From assembly GCA_027886905.1 (NCBI GenBank), contig JAPCJO010000001.1, positions 2,030-66,029 of the forward strand: a DNA stretch of 64,000 nt, in the 5' to 3' direction. This stretch comes from Nitrososphaerota archaeon. Its GTDB lineage: Archaea; Thermoproteota; Nitrososphaeria; Nitrososphaerales; Gagatemarchaeaceae. The position numbers were made by a program, and so were the translations under genes. Of the stretch, positions 43,917-53,806 are shown one piece after another (the stretch's first letter is position 1; each line of letters starts with the position of its first letter). Under the pieces are notes generated by a model. That model had not been told where the DNA came from and searched no databases. It saw only the letters and a program-made list of their open reading frames with translations.

Positions 43917-44590
43917 CACGCGTAAAAATCTGCGGGCTGACCAGGGAGGAGGACGTCGACGCCGTCGTAGACGCCGGGGCAGACGCGGTGGGGTTCATCT
44001 CGGGCATGCCAAGCTCTCCGCGGAACCTCCCGATCTCACGCGCCGCGTCCCTCATCTCGAGGATACCGCCCTTCGTGACCCCCGTCCTCGTCACGAGCGG
44101 CCAGGCCCTCGCCGAGAACTCCGACCTCGTCAAGCGCATCGCCCCCAAGGCAATCCAGCTCTATGACAGCATGTTCTCTGCGGAGACCTTGAGAAGCACC
44201 TTCAACGCAAGCCTCCTGAAGCCCTTCCCCGTGAGCCGGCAGGAGGGCGAGGGGGGCGGGACGGACGTCTTGGCGAAGGCCAAGGACGCGGCGAGAGGCT
44301 ACGACGCGCTCCTGACGGACACCTACCAGAAGGGAGTCCAGGGAGGGACCGGCCTGACCTCGGACTGGGGCACGTGCGGGGCCATCCGGAAGACCATCGC
44401 GCCGACGCCGCTGATTCTCTCAGGAGGGCTGAGGCCTGAGAACGTCGAGCTGGCGATAGCCATGGTGGCGCCCTACTGCGTCGACGTCTCCTCCGGGGTG
44501 GAGTCCGCCCTGGGCGTCAAGGACCCGGCGAAAGTTAGGGCGTTCATGGGCAAGGCCAGCGCCTCCGCAGAGAGGCAGGCGGCGCGCTAG
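43913..44590 (+). CDS. trpF: Phosphoribosylanthranilate isomerase
   Basis: MTRVKICGLTREEDV...ADAVGFI...SGGLRPENV. Confidence 0.85.
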   Translation: MTRVKICGLTREEDVDAVVDAGADAVGFISGMPSSPRNLPISRAASLISRIPPFVTPVLVTSGQALAENSDLVKRIAPKAIQLYDSMFSAETLRSTFNASLLKPFPVSRQEGEGGGTDVLAKAKDAARGYDALLTDTYQKGVQGGTGLTSDWGTCGAIRKTIAPTPLILSGGLRPENVELAIAMVAPYCVDVSSGVESALGVKDPAKVRAFMGKASASAERQAAR

Positions 44591-45799
44591 ATGGCCTCGA
44601 AGAGGGGCGGCTCGCGCGCGGGGGACTATCCGGGCGCCGGGCGGTTCGGGGCCTTCGGCGGCCAGTTCGTCCCGGAGACGCTGGTTCCCGCCGTGCAGGA
44701 GCTGGAGAAGGCCTACCTCTCCGCGCGCAAGGACAAGACGTTTACCGCGGAGCTAGAGCGGCTGCTCCGCGAGTTCGCTGGGAGGCCGACCCCGGTGTAC
44801 TTCGCGGCAAACCTCACCTCCTACGCGGGCGGCGCCCGGATCTTCCTGAAGAGGGAGGACCTTCTCCACGGAGGGGCGCACAAGATCAACAACACCATCG
44901 GGCAGGCCCTCCTCGCGAAGAGGATGGGGAAGCGCCGGATAATCGCCGAGACCGGGGCGGGGCAGCACGGCGTGGCCACCGCGATGGCCTGCGCGGCCCT
45001 GGGCCTGAAGGCCGAGGTCTACATGGGCACGGACGACATCGAGAGGCAGAAGCTCAACGTCTTCAGGATGAAGCTCCTCGGCGCTCAGGTGCGCCCGGTC
45101 GACAGCGGCTCGCGCACCCTCAAGGACGCGATAAACGAGGCGCTGAGGGACTGGGTCACTAACGTCAAGACGACCTACTACCTTTTGGGCTCGGCGGTCG
45201 GCCCCCACCCGTATCCTGTCATGGTCAGGGACTTCCAGAGCGTGATAGGTCGCGAGGTCAGGGCGGACTTCAAGAGGAAGGGCAGACTCCCAGACGCGAT
45301 GGTCGCTTGTGTCGGAGGGGGGAGCAACTCCATCGGGAGCTTCCACGCCTTCGTGCGGGACAAGGGCGTCAGATTGGTCGGGGTCGAGGCGGGCGGTACC
45401 GGACCAGGGAAGAACGCAGCCCCTCTTATCGAAGGTAGGAAGGGGGTCCTCCACGGCATGCTCACCTACGTCCTCCAGGACGAGAACGGCCAGGTGAGGA
45501 GCACCGAGAGCATCTCCGCCGGGCTGGACTATCCGGGCGTCGGCCCGGAGCACTCCCAGCTGAAGGACAGCGGGAGGGCCACCTACGTGAGCGTCTCCGA
45601 CGACGAGGCCGTGGACGCCTTCCACCTGATCTCTGAGAAGGAGGGGATAATCCCGGCGCTAGAGTCCGCGCACGCGGTCGCCTACGCAGTCAAGCTCGCA
45701 AAGGAGATGAAGAAGACGCAGTCGATCGTCGTCACCTTGTCCGGCAGGGGCGACAAGGACGTCAACACCATCGCGAAGAGGTCGGGCTACGAGCTTTGA
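44591..45799 (+). CDS. trpB: Tryptophan synthase beta chain
   Basis: [16 protein letters not shown] (PLP lysine), [10 protein letters not shown] and GGGSNSIG. Confidence 0.95.
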   Translation: MASKRGGSRAGDYPGAGRFGAFGGQFVPETLVPAVQELEKAYLSARKDKTFTAELERLLREFAGRPTPVYFAANLTSYAGGARIFLKREDLLHGGAHKINNTIGQALLAKRMGKRRIIAETGAGQHGVATAMACAALGLKAEVYMGTDDIERQKLNVFRMKLLGAQVRPVDSGSRTLKDAINEALRDWVTNVKTTYYLLGSAVGPHPYPVMVRDFQSVIGREVRADFKRKGRLPDAMVACVGGGSNSIGSFHAFVRDKGVRLVGVEAGGTGPGKNAAPLIEGRKGVLHGMLTYVLQDENGQVRSTESISAGLDYPGVGPEHSQLKDSGRATYVSVSDDEAVDAFHLISEKEGIIPALESAHAVAYAVKLAKEMKKTQSIVVTLSGRGDKDVNTIAKRSGYEL

Positions 45800-46605
45800 G
45801 CGCCATCTCGTCGGTCTTCCGGAGGCTGGGAGACGAGGGCGCGCTCGTCGCCTACGTGATGGGCGGAGACCCGGACATAGCCACCTCCGCCTCCGTCATC
45901 GACGCCGTCGTGAGGGGAGGCGCGGACATCGTCGAGGTGGGGATACCGTTCTCCGACCCGATAGCCGACGGCAAGTCAATCCAGGCGGCCGACGTCCGCT
46001 CTCTCGCCGCAGGCACAACCCCCGGTCAGGTCCTAGAGCTCGTCGCCAGCGCCAAGGCACGCAACCCTAAGGTCCCCATCATCGCCATGACCTACTACAA
46101 CATCCTGTTCTCGAACGGCCTCGGGAGGTTCCTAGAGTCCGCGAAGGCCTTTGGAGTCGACGGCCTCATCGTCCCGGACCTCCCGTTCGACGAGATCCAG
46201 GAGTACGCGCCGCTGGCCAAGCGCTACGGCCTCGACGCCGTCCTCCTCGCCGCGCCCACGACCACCCCCAAGCGGATGAGGGCGATAGCCAAGCACACCT
46301 CCGGGTTCCTCTACCTCGTCTCCCTGACCGGGGTCACCGGGGCGAGGGCGGACGTCCAGGAGAGCACGGTCGGGCTCATCCAGTCCGCCAAGAGGTACGC
46401 CGGCAAGGTCCCGGTCGGGGTCGGGTTCGGCATCTCGACCCCCGAGCATGTCCGGGCCATCCTCGCCGCTGGGGCGGACGCGGTCGTCGTGGGAAGCGCG
46501 ATAGTGGACAGGGTCGCCCACAGCCAGAAGGACGGCCCTTCGATGATGCTAGTGAACGTCGAGAACTACGTGCGCTCTTTGAAAGACGCTACGAAAGGCG
46601 CCTAG
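45796..46605 (+). CDS. trpA: Tryptophan synthase alpha chain
   Basis: [20 protein letters not shown] and [13 protein letters not shown] start overlapping the trpB stop. Confidence 0.9.
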   Translation: MSAISSVFRRLGDEGALVAYVMGGDPDIATSASVIDAVVRGGADIVEVGIPFSDPIADGKSIQAADVRSLAAGTTPGQVLELVASAKARNPKVPIIAMTYYNILFSNGLGRFLESAKAFGVDGLIVPDLPFDEIQEYAPLAKRYGLDAVLLAAPTTTPKRMRAIAKHTSGFLYLVSLTGVTGARADVQESTVGLIQSAKRYAGKVPVGVGFGISTPEHVRAILAAGADAVVVGSAIVDRVAHSQKDGPSMMLVNVENYVRSLKDATKGA

Positions 46606-47462
46606 CTGGTCTTCTCCGCCGCGCTGTAGATCTCTCTAATCACTGAAGCTGCTCTTTTGTCGCTCTCGTATCTCTTGGAGAGTTCGGAGAAGTGCTCCTC
46701 GAATGCCTTCCAGTCGGAGCGCTCGATCATCTCGAGGACGCGCTTGAGCTCCCGTGAGGCGGCGCGCGCTACCTTCCGCGTGTAGGCGTTCCCCGCCTGT
46801 ATGCCATATGAGAGTCTCGCGTCCTGCGCGAGTATCGCCTCCGCGAGGGTGAGCTGCATCGATGAGTTCGGGGTGGAGACACGCATGAACTCGTCCGGTG
46901 AGAGGAACTGCGACACCGTCCCCGCGTAGACGACGTTCAGGAGGTGCGTGAGGGACAGGACGACGGCCATCGTCCTGTCGTGCTCCTTGCGGCTCATCGC
47001 GATTATACGCGACCCGGGGAAGAGGCTCTTCGCGAGCGCGGCCTCCGGGCCTTCCGAACCTCCCTCCTTCCTGGTGATCACGGCGATCTTCATCCCCTTC
47101 GTCGACTCTAGGGCTGGGCCGAAGAGCGGGTGGATGGAGAGCAGGGTCACCTTCTTGCCGATAAGCTTCCTCAACGCCGGAAGGGTCTCGCCCTTCACCG
47201 ACGATATCTCGACAAGGGTGGAGCCGGGCTTCAGCCTCGCCGCGACCTCCTTCGCCACCTTGAGCGTGCAGTCCATGGGGACTGCTATCACGGTGACGTC
47301 GGCTCCCTTCACTGCCTCCGCGTTCGTGTGGAACGACTCCAGCCGCTTCTCTCTCGCCGTCCCGCCGGAGTCCGACCCCCTCACGGAGTCGCCCCTCTCG
47401 AGGAAGTAGCGCACGAAGAAGGAGCCCATCCCGCCCGACGCGCCGAGGACGGCGACCCTCAA
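46602..47462 (-). CDS. tyrA: Prephenate (or arogenate) dehydrogenase
   Basis: Rossmann VAVLGASGGMG and HDRTMAVVLSLTHLL. The proposed TTG start at 47462 overlaps the upstream stop (TTGA); the track start at 47537 overlaps the upstream gene. Confidence 0.8.
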   Translation of the reverse strand: MRVAVLGASGGMGSFFVRYFLERGDSVRGSDSGGTAREKRLESFHTNAEAVKGADVTVIAVPMDCTLKVAKEVAARLKPGSTLVEISSVKGETLPALRKLIGKKVTLLSIHPLFGPALESTKGMKIAVITRKEGGSEGPEAALAKSLFPGSRIIAMSRKEHDRTMAVVLSLTHLLNVVYAGTVSQFLSPDEFMRVSTPNSSMQLTLAEAILAQDARLSYGIQAGNAYTRKVARAASRELKRVLEMIERSDWKAFEEHFSELSKRYESDKRAASVIREIYSAAEKTS

Positions 47463-48868
47463 CTCAGCAGTTCGCCTATCTTCCGCACGCCGGCCGAGAG
47501 CGTCTCCTGGGGCTGGCCGAGCGACAACCTGAAGCACCGTGGATAGTCCCCGAACCCCGTCCCCGGGCTGATGGTCACGCCCTTCTTCTCGAGGAGCTCC
47601 ATCGCGAACGCCGCGGAGTCGAAGTTGGGGTCCTTCGCCTGCGGGAACGCGTAGATCGCCCCCTCGGGCTTGACGAGCTCGAGGGCTCCTATCTTCTCAA
47701 GCTCGGCGGTCGTCGCGTCAATGCGCTCCTCCATCACCCTCGAGTTGTGAGAGACCTCGTCCACGGACTCGAGGGCCTTCACCGCCCCGCGCTGGATGAA
47801 CTCGGGGACGCAGGTTATCATGAGGCCCAGTGCCTTGAGCATCCTCGCGCTCGTCTCCGCGGGGGCGAGCGAGTAGCCGACCCTGAAGCCGGTCATGCTC
47901 CATGCCTTGGAGAACGAGGACGTGAGGATGTACCTCTTGGGGAGCTTCTCGAGGATGGTCGGGCAGCCCTTGTAGGCGTAATCGTTGTAGATCTCGTCGC
48001 TGATCACGGTGAGGCCGTGGTCGTCGGCGATCTCGACTATCTCCCTGAAGCTTCCCCTCTCCATTATCTTGCCCGTCGGGTTGGCGGGGTAGCTCAGGAT
48101 GATCGCCTTGGTGTTGGGCCTGATTGCGGCCTTCACCCTCTCCGGGGATGGCTCCCACCCCTCCTCCATAGTCGTGCGTATCGTGATTGCCCGCGCCCCG
48201 ATGTAGTCGAGCCCTTCCTTGTACGCGGGCCAGTTGGGCTCTATCACCACCACGCTGTCTCCCTCCGACGCGACTGTGGCCAGCGCGGAGTAGACCGCGA
48301 ACCTTCCGCCCGGCGTGACTATCAGCTGGTTCTCGGCGGCCTCCCTGTAGTTGTAGCGGACGGCGAGGTAGGTCTTGAGCGCCGAGAGTAGCTCTGGTAT
48401 CCCCCGCCCCACAGTATAGTAAGTCTTGTAGGAGTACAGGGCGTTCGAGACTGCGTCCAGCACGGCCTTGGGGGGACGGAAGTCGGGCTCGCCCACGTCG
48501 AGCCGGATCAGCTTCTTCCCGCTCTTCTCGATCTCCGTGGCCTTCGCCATCATCACCATCGGGGTAATGAGGGGCTGCACCTTCCCACCCACCTGCGCGC
48601 GCTGCGTCTTCTTGGAGTCCTTGACCAGGGTCGCGAGGATCTTCGCCCCGAGCTGCTGGTCCAGGCCCAGCCTCTTGCACTCCCTGAGCACGTCCTCGAG
48701 GAGGGCGTCCTCGACCTTCTCGTTGTCGATGGGGAGCGACCCCTTGCTCTTCACCTCGCCTATCCTCTTCGCGAGCTCGGCCCTCCTCGCTACGAGCTTG
48801 ATTATCTCCTTGGTCGTCTCGGCGACCTCCTCGCGCAGGTCCTGCAGCTCCGACTCGGCCTGCTCCAT
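47459..48868 (-). CDS. Chorismate mutase (AroQ-type) fused to a class I/II aminotransferase
   Basis: The N-terminal about 90 aa (LQDLREEVAETTKEIIKLVARRAELAKRIGEVKSKG...EDALLEDVL) match the AroQ pattern. The remainder is AspC-like, with the PLP motif SFSKAWSMTGFRVGY. ATG at 48868. Confidence 0.85.
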   Translation of the reverse strand: MEQAESELQDLREEVAETTKEIIKLVARRAELAKRIGEVKSKGSLPIDNEKVEDALLEDVLRECKRLGLDQQLGAKILATLVKDSKKTQRAQVGGKVQPLITPMVMMAKATEIEKSGKKLIRLDVGEPDFRPPKAVLDAVSNALYSYKTYYTVGRGIPELLSALKTYLAVRYNYREAAENQLIVTPGGRFAVYSALATVASEGDSVVVIEPNWPAYKEGLDYIGARAITIRTTMEEGWEPSPERVKAAIRPNTKAIILSYPANPTGKIMERGSFREIVEIADDHGLTVISDEIYNDYAYKGCPTILEKLPKRYILTSSFSKAWSMTGFRVGYSLAPAETSARMLKALGLMITCVPEFIQRGAVKALESVDEVSHNSRVMEERIDATTAELEKIGALELVKPEGAIYAFPQAKDPNFDSAAFAMELLEKKGVTISPGTGFGDYPRCFRLSLGQPQETLSAGVRKIGELLS

Positions 48869-48879
48869 GTCGCTGCTGG

Positions 48880-49998
48880 TCAAGGCTGCTTCCCCCTTCC
48901 TCCGAGGACTGGGGAGATAAACCCGGCTCTCAGGGCGTGGTCGGCGAGGACTATCGCCGTGCAGCACTCGACTATGGGGACCGCGCGGGGGACGACCACC
49001 GGGTCGTGCCTCCCGGGGACGACCAGCTCCACCTGCTTCCTCTTCGAGAGGTCGACCGTCTTCTGCTTCTTCGCGATCGACGCCGGGGGCTTGAAGGCCA
49101 GCCTGTAGACTAGGGGCTCCCCGCTCGAGACGCCGCCGATTATCCCGCCGGAGTTGTTGGTGGCCGTCGAGATCCTCCCCTTCTTGTCGACGTAGTACTG
49201 GTCGTTGTTCTCACTGCCCTTGAGCCTGGCGGAGGCGAAGCCTGAGCCGAACTCCACCCCCTTGACCGCGGGGATGGAGAGCGCCATCTGCGCCAGGTCA
49301 GAGTCGAGCGAGTTGAAGACCGGCTCGCCGAGCCCGACGGGGAGGTTGAGCGCGACGCACTCCACTATCCCCCCGAGGCTGTCCCCCTCCCCTCTGCTCT
49401 TGATGACCATGCGCTTCATCCTCTCCGCGAGCTCGGGGTCTGGGCTCCTCACGTCGTTGGAGTACCTGTTCTTCCGGGCGTCTTCGAGGGTGAACCCTTC
49501 CGCCCTGAGGCCCCCAAGCTCCAGGGTGTATGCGATTATCTCTACGCCGAGCGTCTCCTTCAGGAGCTTCTTCGCCGCGGCTCCGGCCATCACGAAGCCC
49601 GCCGTGACCCTGGCCGAGGCCCTTCCGCTTCCGCGGTAGTCGTTGTAGCCGCCGTACTTGGTCCTGTGCGTCAGGTCTGCGTGGCTGGGCCGCGGGGTGT
49701 TGACCATCGCTTCGTAGGAGCGAGAGTCGACGTCCAGGTTGCGGATCATCATCATCACGGGGGCACCGGTCGTGCGCCCGTTGAAGACCCCGGACATTAT
49801 CTCCACGACATCCCCCTCCTTCCTCTGCGTCGTGACGATGGACTGCCCTGGCCGCCTGAGGTCGAGGTCCGGCTGGATGTCAGCCTCCGAGAGGACGAGG
49901 CCGGCCGGGATCCCATCGACCACCGTCCCGACCCCCTTGCCGTGGCTCTCGCCGAAGCTCACGACCACGAACCTCTCGCCGTAGATGTTCCCGGGCAT
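48880..49998 (-). CDS. aroC: Chorismate synthase
   Basis: GESHGKGVGTVVDG, RPSHAD and GRSSAR-like GRASARVTAG motifs. Confidence 0.95.
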   Translation of the reverse strand: MPGNIYGERFVVVSFGESHGKGVGTVVDGIPAGLVLSEADIQPDLDLRRPGQSIVTTQRKEGDVVEIMSGVFNGRTTGAPVMMMIRNLDVDSRSYEAMVNTPRPSHADLTHRTKYGGYNDYRGSGRASARVTAGFVMAGAAAKKLLKETLGVEIIAYTLELGGLRAEGFTLEDARKNRYSNDVRSPDPELAERMKRMVIKSRGEGDSLGGIVECVALNLPVGLGEPVFNSLDSDLAQMALSIPAVKGVEFGSGFASARLKGSENNDQYYVDKKGRISTATNNSGGIIGGVSSGEPLVYRLAFKPPASIAKKQKTVDLSKRKQVELVVPGRHDPVVVPRAVPIVECCTAIVLADHALRAGFISPVLGGRGKQP

Positions 49999-50004
49999 CG
50001 CTCT

Positions 50005-51330
50005 CTACTCGCTCTTGACCTTCGCCCCTAGCTTCTTGATGTCCTCGAGGAACGTTGGGTACGAGACGTCGAGGCTCTCCGCCCCGACCACGGGTGCCCC
50101 TTCTGGGATCAGCATCGACGCCAGCGAGAAGGCCATGAACATCCTGTGGTCGTCGTGGGCGTCCATGAGGGCCGCCTGGAGCTTGCCCTTCTGCGGGAGT
50201 ATCTTGAGGCCGTCGTCCCTCTCCTTGACGTTCACCCCGAGCTTCGAAAGCTCCTTGGCGACGATGGCTATCCTGTCGGTCTCCTTGAACCGGGCGTGGG
50301 CGGTCCCGACTATCTCGACCGGAGAGTCGCACCTCAGCGCGAGCGCCGCCACCACCGGGAGCAGGTCGGGGGTGTCCCCCAGGTCGAACGTCCCTCCGTG
50401 GAGCTTGTCCCCGTCCGAGGCGATCACCAGCGCACCCTTCTCCTTCTCGACCTTCGCCCCCATCTGCCTGGCTATCTCTGCGATGCGCGCGTCCCCCTGC
50501 GGGAGGCTCGCGTCGAGGTTGTCGATCCTTACCCTCCCGCCCACCATGGCGACAGCGGCCACTATGAAGGAGGCGGAGCTAAAGTCCGCGGGGACGGTGA
50601 AGTCCGCTGCCCTGTACTCTTGCCCCGAGGAGACCTCGAACTCCGAGTACCCGCTCTTCCTGACCCTCACGCCGAAGCGCTCGGCCAGCCTGAGGGTCAT
50701 CTCGATGTAGGGCCTCGAGACCGCGTCGGCGACGGTCAGGGTGGTGTCTATCTCCGCGAGCGGGGTGGAGATCAGGAGCGACGAGATGAACTGTGAGGAG
50801 ACGTCGCCCCGTATCGACGCCTTCCCGCCTCGCATCCCGCCGGCCTTTACGACCACCGGGGCGCAGCCGTTCCCCCTGGAGCTCCACGCCTGGACGCCGA
50901 GCTGGCCCAGCGTGTCGAGGAGCGGTTTCATGGGCCTCCTCCTGATGCTCGAGTCCCCGGTCAGCACGACGTACCCGTCCGGGGCGAGCGAGAACGCCGA
51001 GGTCATGAACCTCAGGGTCGTCCCAGAGTTCTCGACGTTGATGACGTCGTCGGGCACCCTGGGGCGGGTGCCCCTTATCGTGAGAGCGGCGCCGCGCCTC
51101 TCCATCTCCGCCCCCATCGCCGCGCACGCGTCCACCGTAGCGTTGGTGTCGCGGGAGAGGAGCGGGTTCCGGATCACCGACCCCTTCCCGCGGCCGCCGA
51201 CAGTGGCCAGGCTCGCCATGAGCACCGCCCGGTGGGTGTAGCTCTTGCTCGGGGGAACGGAGACGCTCCCTCTGAGCGGGCCCGCCGCCGTCACGCGCGT
51301 CGCGCCGTGAACGCTCGCGCTCCTAGCCAA
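50005..51330 (-). CDS. aroA: 3-phosphoshikimate 1-carboxyvinyltransferase (EPSP synthase)
   Basis: PPSKSYTHRA, NSGTTLRF and DHRMFMAFSLA motifs. Confidence 0.95.
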   Translation of the reverse strand: MARSASVHGATRVTAAGPLRGSVSVPPSKSYTHRAVLMASLATVGGRGKGSVIRNPLLSRDTNATVDACAAMGAEMERRGAALTIRGTRPRVPDDVINVENSGTTLRFMTSAFSLAPDGYVVLTGDSSIRRRPMKPLLDTLGQLGVQAWSSRGNGCAPVVVKAGGMRGGKASIRGDVSSQFISSLLISTPLAEIDTTLTVADAVSRPYIEMTLRLAERFGVRVRKSGYSEFEVSSGQEYRAADFTVPADFSSASFIVAAVAMVGGRVRIDNLDASLPQGDARIAEIARQMGAKVEKEKGALVIASDGDKLHGGTFDLGDTPDLLPVVAALALRCDSPVEIVGTAHARFKETDRIAIVAKELSKLGVNVKERDDGLKILPQKGKLQAALMDAHDDHRMFMAFSLASMLIPEGAPVVGAESLDVSYPTFLEDIKKLGAKVKSE

Positions 51331-52216
51331 CGGCCAAAAGCCTCCCGTGCTCGTTGTTGGTCTCCGTCTCGATCACCGTGCTCCCGTCCGCGGCCCAGTC
51401 CTTTGTCAAAGCGTCAATCTCGGCTAGCTTCGAGGGCTCGAAGACCGCGGCCACCGCCGGCCCCGTCCCCGAGAGCCCCGCACCCAAAGCGCCTAGTTCC
51501 ACCGCACGGAGCGCTGGGAACGGGTCGTATTTTAGGATGGAAGAGTAGACCATCCCGTTAAGAACCATCGCCCTCCAGTAGTCGCCCTTGAGGCTCATCT
51601 CGAATATGAGGTCTGTGAGCCCCCCGAATCTCCTGATGAAACCGGGCTCCACGGCGTCCCTCCTGCTCCGTGTCTTCGGCACCCGGATGACAACCCTGAG
51701 CTTCTTGTCGAAGAGCTTGGAGCTGACGACCTTCCTCGCGAGGTTATTCGTCATGTTGACCCCACCCAGGAGGCAGCCGGCGGCGTCGTCCAGGGCTCCC
51801 GTGACGCTCGCCCCGCTCGCCAGAGAGGCCTCGACGCTGCAATCGAGCACCTTCTTCGGGTCGAACGCCTTCTGGCCGAGGGCCGCAAAGACCGCGATAG
51901 CTATCGCCGTGGAGGATGCCGAAGACGTCTTGAGCCCTACGCCGATCGGCACGCTGGACGTCGTCCTCACACTTCCGGAGAACGAGTCCGGGTCCTTGCC
52001 TGCGGCCTTGATAGCGAGCCTAGCCGTCTCGACCGCCAGCCTCGACCCCGAGCTTTCGCCGTTGACGGACACCTCCCAACCCCCCTTCGAGGCCTCGATC
52101 TCGACCTCTGCCTCCGTCGTGAGCCTCACGCTGGCGGTGGCGCCCCTGCCGCTCGCTATCGCATTGACGATGCTGACCGCCCCGAACGTCGCCGCCCTGG
52201 CCTTGAGCGTGGTCAT
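51323..52216 (-). CDS. Shikimate kinase, archaeal GHMP-kinase type
   Basis: GHMP motif PIGVGLKTSSASSTAIA. The ATG at 52216 overlaps the aroE stop (ATGA). The track N-terminal extension is low-complexity. Confidence 0.8.
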   Translation of the reverse strand: MTTLKARAATFGAVSIVNAIASGRGATASVRLTTEAEVEIEASKGGWEVSVNGESSGSRLAVETARLAIKAAGKDPDSFSGSVRTTSSVPIGVGLKTSSASSTAIAIAVFAALGQKAFDPKKVLDCSVEASLASGASVTGALDDAAGCLLGGVNMTNNLARKVVSSKLFDKKLRVVIRVPKTRSRRDAVEPGFIRRFGGLTDLIFEMSLKGDYWRAMVLNGMVYSSILKYDPFPALRAVELGALGAGLSGTGPAVAAVFEPSKLAEIDALTKDWAADGSTVIETETNNEHGRLLAVG

Positions 52217-53076
52217 CCCTTCGTCCTCTTCTTCGCCTTCATGGTTCGCTTCGGCGACCCTACCAAGGCCTTCCTCATTACCTTCTCCGGGGCTTCCCTG
52301 CCTGTCCACAATGTGAAGGCGGCCATCCCCTGGTGCAGGAGCATCTCCTCGCCGTGGATGACCTCCGACCCGTTGCGCTTCGCCTCGAGGAGGAGCTTGG
52401 TCTCCCTCGGGCGGTAGACGGCATCGAACACGACCTTGCTCCCGGGCAGGACGCGCTTCAGCTCCTTGGGGAGCGCCTCCCCGCCCGCCCCCATGGGCGA
52501 GGCGTTGAACACCAGCTCGTGGCTGAGGTGGTGAAGGTCATCCATGGAGGCGAGGGTGAGGTTGATGCGCGGGAACGCCTTCTCCATCTCGAGCACGAAC
52601 CTCCGCGAGCGCTCGACGTCACGGACGGCCACGGCGACGTCGAGGCAGCCTATCCTGTTCATCGCCTCGCAGAACGCGCGGGCCGCTCCCCCCGCCCCAA
52701 TGAGCATGGCGTTCCTCACCCCGAGGGACGCCGCCAGAGCCCGCAGCGGCCCCACGATCCCGTCGGGGTCGGTGTTGTGCCCGACGTATCGCCCGTCTTC
52801 CTCCAGCTTCAACGTGTTGACGGCCTGGATCCTCGTCGCGACCGAGTCCAGACCCGCCAGCCACGGGATCACGGCCGTCTTGAAAGGGATCGTGACGTTC
52901 ATCCCTTTGAGCCGGGAGGCCATGAGGCGTTGCAGCTCGCGGACGAACCTGGCCTCGGGGACGCTGACCGCGGAGTACTCCGCGTCGATGCGCAGGGAGC
53001 TGAAGGCGGCGTTCATCATCGCCGGAGAGGGAGAGAGCGAGACGTCCTTCCCTATCACGCAGTACCTGTCTTTCAT
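52213..53076 (-). CDS. aroE: Shikimate 5-dehydrogenase
   Basis: SPSPAMMNAAF, NVTIPFK and GAGGAARA motifs. Confidence 0.9.
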   Translation of the reverse strand: MKDRYCVIGKDVSLSPSPAMMNAAFSSLRIDAEYSAVSVPEARFVRELQRLMASRLKGMNVTIPFKTAVIPWLAGLDSVATRIQAVNTLKLEEDGRYVGHNTDPDGIVGPLRALAASLGVRNAMLIGAGGAARAFCEAMNRIGCLDVAVAVRDVERSRRFVLEMEKAFPRINLTLASMDDLHHLSHELVFNASPMGAGGEALPKELKRVLPGSKVVFDAVYRPRETKLLLEAKRNGSEVIHGEEMLLHQGMAAFTLWTGREAPEKVMRKALVGSPKRTMKAKKRTKG

Positions 53077-53080
53077 CGTC

Positions 53081-53779
53081 TCAGGCGACCAAGTCCATCA
53101 GCGTCCTCATTGTCCTGGTGGAGAGTTGACCTGGGACTACAGCCTGGTTGGGGAGGGACGCATAGGCCAGCGGGGCGCCGAGCCGTATGGAGGCCACACG
53201 CGATACGGTCCCGAGCCCGCCCATGCAGAACGCGACTATCCTGCCGGGCCGGTCGCCACAGAGCGTCAGGGCTGTCACGTTGTCCTCGGCACTGGTGGCC
53301 ATGGTGACCACCTTTGCAACCGAGCCCAGCCGGAGCTCGTCGGCGCATATCGGCCTGAGCGTCTCCAGCGCGGGGGTGCTCTGAAAGTCGTGCCAAGAAA
53401 CCACCTTCTTGACGTCCTTGGGGAGGGACTTGGCCCACTTCTCGTTCTCCTTCAGCGTCGCGAGCTCGACATCGATGTAGGCCGGCCTTATGTCCGCAGC
53501 GCGGGATATCAGGTCGAGGCGGCTCCTCTCACCCTCCATGAAGCCGCCGCCCTCTCGGCCCGACCTCACGGTGAATATCGCCCTGCTCGAGAATACGGAG
53601 AGCTCCGCCTCGAGCTCGCGCGGCGTGCCGGGCTTGGCCAGCCTGTCGATCCTAAACTCCACCAGGTCGGAGCCCAGAGAGAACGCGAGCTCAGCCTTGC
53701 TCGCTAGCTCTGGGGCGGTGTCCGCGCTGACTGCCGTGCAGAGCTGGGTCTTGACCTTCTTCGTCGCCAAAGCGGTCAC
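53081..53779 (-). CDS. aroD: 3-dehydroquinate dehydratase, type I
   Basis: DLVEFRIDRL and other type-I DHQase pattern. Its position in the operon fits. Confidence 0.85.
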   Translation of the reverse strand: MTALATKKVKTQLCTAVSADTAPELASKAELAFSLGSDLVEFRIDRLAKPGTPRELEAELSVFSSRAIFTVRSGREGGGFMEGERSRLDLISRAADIRPAYIDVELATLKENEKWAKSLPKDVKKVVSWHDFQSTPALETLRPICADELRLGSVAKVVTMATSAEDNVTALTLCGDRPGRIVAFCMGGLGTVSRVASIRLGAPLAYASLPNQAVVPGQLSTRTMRTLMDLVA

Positions 53780-53806
53780 TCCCGAGTCCGGGTGGCCCCA
53801 GCGAGG

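Noticed and set aside
52544-53707. 387-aa and 324-aa plus-strand ORFs across aroE/aroD
   Set aside because: They are antisense to the shikimate pathway genes and have no recognisable domains.
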